DNA of 51,806 bases, filler included, from Trypethelium eluteriae (Eukaryota): assembly GCA_051942245.1 (NCBI GenBank). It is 2 parts of 2 records of this genome, joined end to end, with 100 filler letters (N's around TTAATTAATTAA, not from the genome) between each part and the next. Parts side by side here need not be neighbours in the genome. Positions count along the whole stretch, not along the records: positions 25,988 to 51,806 come from JAVECL010000363.1; 1 more part is not named here. One strand, 5' to 3'. The number at the start of each line of letters is the position of its first letter. Positions within the stretch are counted from its first letter, which is position 1. Shown here in pieces: positions 47,120 to 51,806 of the stretch. The translations under genes were made by a program, and so were the position numbers. Under the pieces are notes generated by a model, which worked only from the letters and a program-made list of their open reading frames with translations, had not been told where the DNA came from and searched no databases.

Positions 47120-50100
47120 AGACCTGGAGTGAGCGACACACACCGTCCCCGGGATGCGGGGGAGGGTACATTGTATCTTACTGGCGGAGCGGCATACGCC
47201 GCTCCATCCACAGAGCCCCAGAGTGCCCAATCCACATTCATGGGGGGAGGCTGAAAGTCCTTTACGCCATTGGTTTCGGACATTTTGGTATTGATGAGAG
47301 CCCCGTCCTTCGCCTTGGGGGAGGACCGGTAAGGGTCCCAGAATACAATCCACAGATACAGGAGCAGGCAGAGGGTATTCAACAGGTGGAGCCGAACGCA
47401 CAGTTTGTGCAGTCGCTGCAGCCTCTGCGTGGGAAAGCTGAGAGGCGTCTCTGAACTGCCTTTGCTGCCGTACGCCAGACTTATCCATTTCAAGAATAGG
47501 GTACGCTCCAGTCCTAGAGGTAAGACCGTGGTATGAAGATGGATGAGGTATTTGTGCTTGTCTGTTGATGCTCCTGATACAGTCGGGCCTCTCTCGACAC
47601 CTAGCCAGCGCCTAAGGTAGAGGCAAACAGTGGAGATGTATGGTCCAGCCTGACAATTCACCAGGAAGGTGGCGATGAGGTAACGATGAGGTGAGGTGTG
47701 GCAAAGGGCGCATGGAAAGCACGAACGATTTAACCATTGCGCGCGCCAGCGTGTCCTCGAACTGTTCCCATATCCAAAGATAGTGCGTACTGGGGGCTCT
47801 GAGCAGATTTCTTGGAACCTACGTCTGGGCTGGCGATCATTGTTGCAGTCCTGGGATGCCCGTACGCTGTCTTTGATAAGACATCTTACGTGAACGACTG
47901 GGTCGCGAATCATTATCGTGTGCCATTTCAGTTCAAGTGGGCTCGAGCCAGGAGGCTTGTAAATTTCTCTGCACGAGTGTGCATAGTCAACAATGCTTGA
48001 CGCCTTGATTCATGGTCAGCAGCGTGTCTTTGAATACGAACATCGAAAGGCGTGGTGCTATCGCTTACCTTATACAAGGAAATCATGATGAGGAACAAGG
48101 ACATCATGATGAGGACTCTCAAGTTTGGGTCCAATTTGAGAGACGGGCAAGGTGACCCAGCTAGGGAGAACTCGATAAAGGTGTTTGCTATTCGAGAAGG
48201 TATGTTAGTCTCTGTTGTGGAGTTTTCGGTCTTTTGTTGTGTTTGCGCAACTTCTTTTTTCCTTCCCCGAGACAAGCACCATCACGATTAAGATTGGGTT
48301 GTTGCACCCACTATGTTTGTTCGCTGTTGTGATGGTGATGGCAGAGCAGGAGGCGGGGTCCGCTTCCCACTTGTCACAGCGGAACGCTGGCAGGGGCAAC
48401 GAAGGGGTAAAAGCTTTATGACTTACATTTGTGAGGCATCTGAGCAAGCTGCTCTGTCTCCATTTTCACCATGGAGACTTGTTCAGCAGTTGTGGTGGGG
48501 TGGTTGTTCTCGAGAGGGTCAGAGAGAGGCGCGGAGTCAGATCGAACTTGTGCGATCGCAGCCCCCTTCGCGCTCCACCTTGTGGCGTGACCTTGAGAAG
48601 GCGAAAAGCGCGTCAAAATGAAGCCACGAGTTCGGAGATCGTCCTTCACAAGTGGAAGTGATAGAATGAGATGGGCCAAGGTGGGCGGCGCTTGGTGGAG
48701 GTGCGAGAAACAGGTGTGGAGTCAGATCAACTTCGCCGGCCTGTCCCACTCGCTGACTTCTCGACGTATAAACGCGGTTGAAGTGAGGTAAGTGCATCAA
48801 GTTGAGGGCACGAGCTAGGTGATCATCCTCCTTGGGTGAAATTGATGGAACTATATGTTATGGCTGATGTGCAATAGGGGTTACGATGGTGTTTGTTGGC
48901 AGGCGTGAAAGAAGGAAGGGAACCTCCCAAAGCCCCACACGGTCACCATTTTTATAAGATATGTTCCCCAAATATGTCAGGTGACCCTAGCCTCAGGCGA
49001 TGGGAATCTCGGGCAGCATCATCACAAGCCACAGAAGTGAGTGCCTGGTCGTCACTTGGTAGGTCTATTCCAAGCCAACGCCTTCTGTTAGGTTCGAAGA
49101 ATCTCCCGCAGGTCTTATATGCCTCCCTACAGTAAGCTGAAATGGCTGGCTCATCTATTAGGTACCTTTGATGCCAGAAGAGATTGTGCATTCTTAATGA
49201 ACGATATAGACTGCAGTGAAGAGTCAGAGCATCTTATACATCACTATGATCAACTACACCTATCAGAAGGCGGCGCAAGCAGCGTCTATGACTTGTTATG
49301 AGGCGCCTAATGCCTGATCAGTTCAAACTTCTTGTTGCACCCACGCATGTATGAGATGTCGAAATCAAAGGCTATGCTGTCTATAACATCTATCGCAAAC
49401 CTCACTCTGTTGTTTGCTTTCTGGAATAGAGTTTGTCCCAAGTGTTTGTATCCTCGTCATGCTAAACAAATCCGCTCTTTACATCGGACACGAAGGCTTT
49501 CAGAAGGACTTAAAAGCTATTGATATGCGCACGGATTTAGCACCCGTTTGCGGCCTTTGAATGACGACTTCTCAACCTCCATTTTCTCCTGCCTTCCAAT
49601 TGATTACTGCTAGCAGTGTCTAATTTACCCTCGGTCTTCTGCATATACAATTCCGGCCGCAGTCGATGAAGGGTCTCGCCAATCCAGTCATTCAGCTTGA
49701 AAACTACATGCGAGACCTCGAAGTTAGCAAGAACAAGAACGAATGGTGGGAGAACATGGTAAACACAAGAAACGAGCCCTGTGGACTGCTAATACTAGCA
49801 TTGGATACTTTTAGACCGCTGGGATCTGTCTGCAATTTCATTCCCTCGACCTACCCCTTCGCCATCCATTCCTTCTATGCTACTGTCAGGCGTCACGGGA
49901 GAACTTGTTATCACAAGAAAATTACATATAGCCAGGGTTTACAGAAGTCATGGCATGGTTATTGAGCTTGCTGGCATGTTCTCATGAAAAGCCGTGCTAA
50001 TGCTATATGCAATCAGCACGCAAGCACATTGGCCAGGCTGTACAGTAAATGAGTTTATCTCTTTCCCATGAAGCTAGAGATTCGATAGCCAGTCTGTTAG

Positions 50101-51120
50101 AACTCTTCGCTGATTGGAAATAAAACACAGGTCGTTATATCTCTACCTCCATTCCTCATCGTTCTCGAGAGCAGAATGAATAACAAGGGTATCTTGGGAA
50201 AAACTTGAATTCTGGTCCTTATATGTATGACCCGGCATTTATGTTGGTGTTAGCACCTGCTAGACATTGATTCTATAGCGCAATAATTAAGTTACATCAT
50301 TGGCATGGAGTGTATTGCTTCAAACATACTCGATATTGAGCCTGATAGAACGTATGGTAGGGGGTAATCATAAGGTCAGCTGCTTAGGACTGTAGCAACA
50401 CTCTAGACGGATCAAGATTTTATTGCCAACCCATCGCCACGTATGACCAACACTCTGAAATGGTGGATCTCGATCTCGATGCTACGGTACTGGACCGTGT
50501 GGTTTGTCAGAACTCGTTTCCAAGTCATTGCAACGTCCTTGAGTCAAGAGTAGTCGACCACAAACCTGGAATTCCGATCTAGACATCTATACAAACACAG
50601 GGCAGCTCGTTTGATTATCAGGAGATTTCACCGGAGTCGAGTTTCTGGGGGCTCTCTAGTAAACCCATTCCTATGTTTCAAGATTATCAGGATGCGTTTA
50701 GACTTGAATGATCGCTTAGCCCTACGGTGCGCACAGCACACATTTGAGATCGAGCTCAATTCTTATTGAGCCGAAATCCACCGATTCTCTCCTGCATCAG
50801 TACTTTAGATGAGGCACACATGACTGGAGTGAGAGGAATACTACAGCGTGGACGAGTCTACACCAGTAAGGTTCGCAAAGCCAACAGGCGCAATTAAGAC
50901 AATGGAATCAAATTTGTTGCTAATAGGGTATGTAAAAGCAAGTAAAAGATACAGCAATACTGACGAAATCTCGAGCGCACGCAGCATCAGCAAGGCCAAA
51001 GTGGCACTCCCATACTCATCGTGTATGCAGCCTAGCTCCCTACCATCCGTGGTGACCAAATGATATCCTGCTCTACTACGTTGAATGCTGTCTCTATCTG
51101 TCCAGAACCACACCTCCCCT

Positions 51121-51806
51121 TCACTGATCCACCTGCGTTCCCGGCGTCACCTCCCTACTCGCCCGCCCCTCCTTCTCCCTCTTCGTCCCAAACCTCCCCA
51201 TCAGTCCGCCCTCCTTCCGTGGTGGCGTAGCGTTCCCGACGAAACTCCTCCTGTCCCCACCTCCACTACTACTCGCCCTCCCCGACGGCGCGCCCGGATT
51301 CCCGGCAGCCACACCATCTCTCTCCGCGCCCGCGCCACCACTCCCACTCGGCACAAACGAGCTCTTCACCACCACACTCCTCCCCGCCGCACTCAACGCC
51401 ACCGTCTTCTCCGCGCCCCCACTCCCCTGATCATCCACAAAGAAGACCGCCTCGCCCAGCTCCTCATCCGCCGTCAGCCGATGATGCTCGAGCGCGAGCA
51501 CGCGAAACTGCGCATCCGCCGTGCAGCGCACCGTCGCCGTCTCGCCGTCCAGCGCCGCGCTGCCCTCGGCCGTCTTGACGGGCTTGGTCTTGTAGACGTC
51601 TTTGGCGGAGGAGCGGGCACCGGGGGGCCCTTCAAGCTTGAGCCGTAGCTGGAGGGTTGAGCCGGCAGGGAAGCCAGAGGCGGAGATGAGGGTGATGGTT
51701 GCGGTGCCGGTATCGGCGGAGGAAGGGGAGGTGGCGGCGGTGGAGCCGGAGAGGGAGGCGGCGCCCCAGGAACGCGTGCGTGCGTGAGGAGGTGTGGGGG
51801 TGGAAG
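51121..51806 (-). CDS. 3' end of a tricalbin (multi-C2 ER-plasma membrane tether), running in from beyond the window
   Basis: DTGTATITLISASGFP..KDVYKTKPVK..CTADAQFRV..DEELGEAVFFVDDQGSG..VVVKSSF matches the terminal C2-like domain of filamentous fungal tricalbins. Confidence 0.85.
   Translation of the reverse strand, partial: STPTPPHARTRSWGAASLSGSTAATSPSSADTGTATITLISASGFPAGSTLQLRLKLEGPPGARSSAKDVYKTKPVKTAEGSAALDGETATVRCTADAQFRVLALEHHRLTADEELGEAVFFVDDQGSGGAEKTVALSAAGRSVVVKSSFVPSGSGGAGAERDGVAAGNPGAPSGRASSSGGGDRRSFVGNATPPRKEGGLMGRFGTKREKEGRASREVTPGTQVDQ

Noticed and set aside
47330..47440. Cys-rich CSDCTNCAFGSTC*IPSACSCICG as a metallothionein
   Set aside because: Internal stop, no start codon and short length; it may be chance.
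51085..51648. 187-aa plus-strand ORF
   Set aside because: Antisense to GC-rich tricalbin coding sequence.

Overview
Filamentous ascomycete (Pezizomycotina) nuclear DNA, with short GT-AG introns and CTRAY branch points. Two contigs are joined at 25888-25987 by an artificial N44-TTAATTAATTAA-N44 linker, so adjacency across it is unproven. Left contig: an NAD-dependent epimerase pseudogene, a PTH11-like membrane protein, a housekeeping block (SNU71-like, mitochondrial bS21, eIF3g, NmrA-like, alpha/beta hydrolase, AFG1 ATPase), then a defence-like block of an RBR/IBR E3 ligase pseudogene, an intact modin (MOD-A-like) gene and a 5'-truncated NACHT-HEAT NLR. Right contig: the 3' end of a Spa2-like gene, an FCY2-like permease, SLX4, about 15 kb with no recognisable intact gene, and the 3' end of tricalbin. 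The 15 kb stretch holds decayed ORFs and a mosaic (about 43.6-47.5 kb) containing an isolated Ras1 fragment, two inverted duplications and tandem exon-intron duplications. All family calls come from motif recognition; no database search was run.
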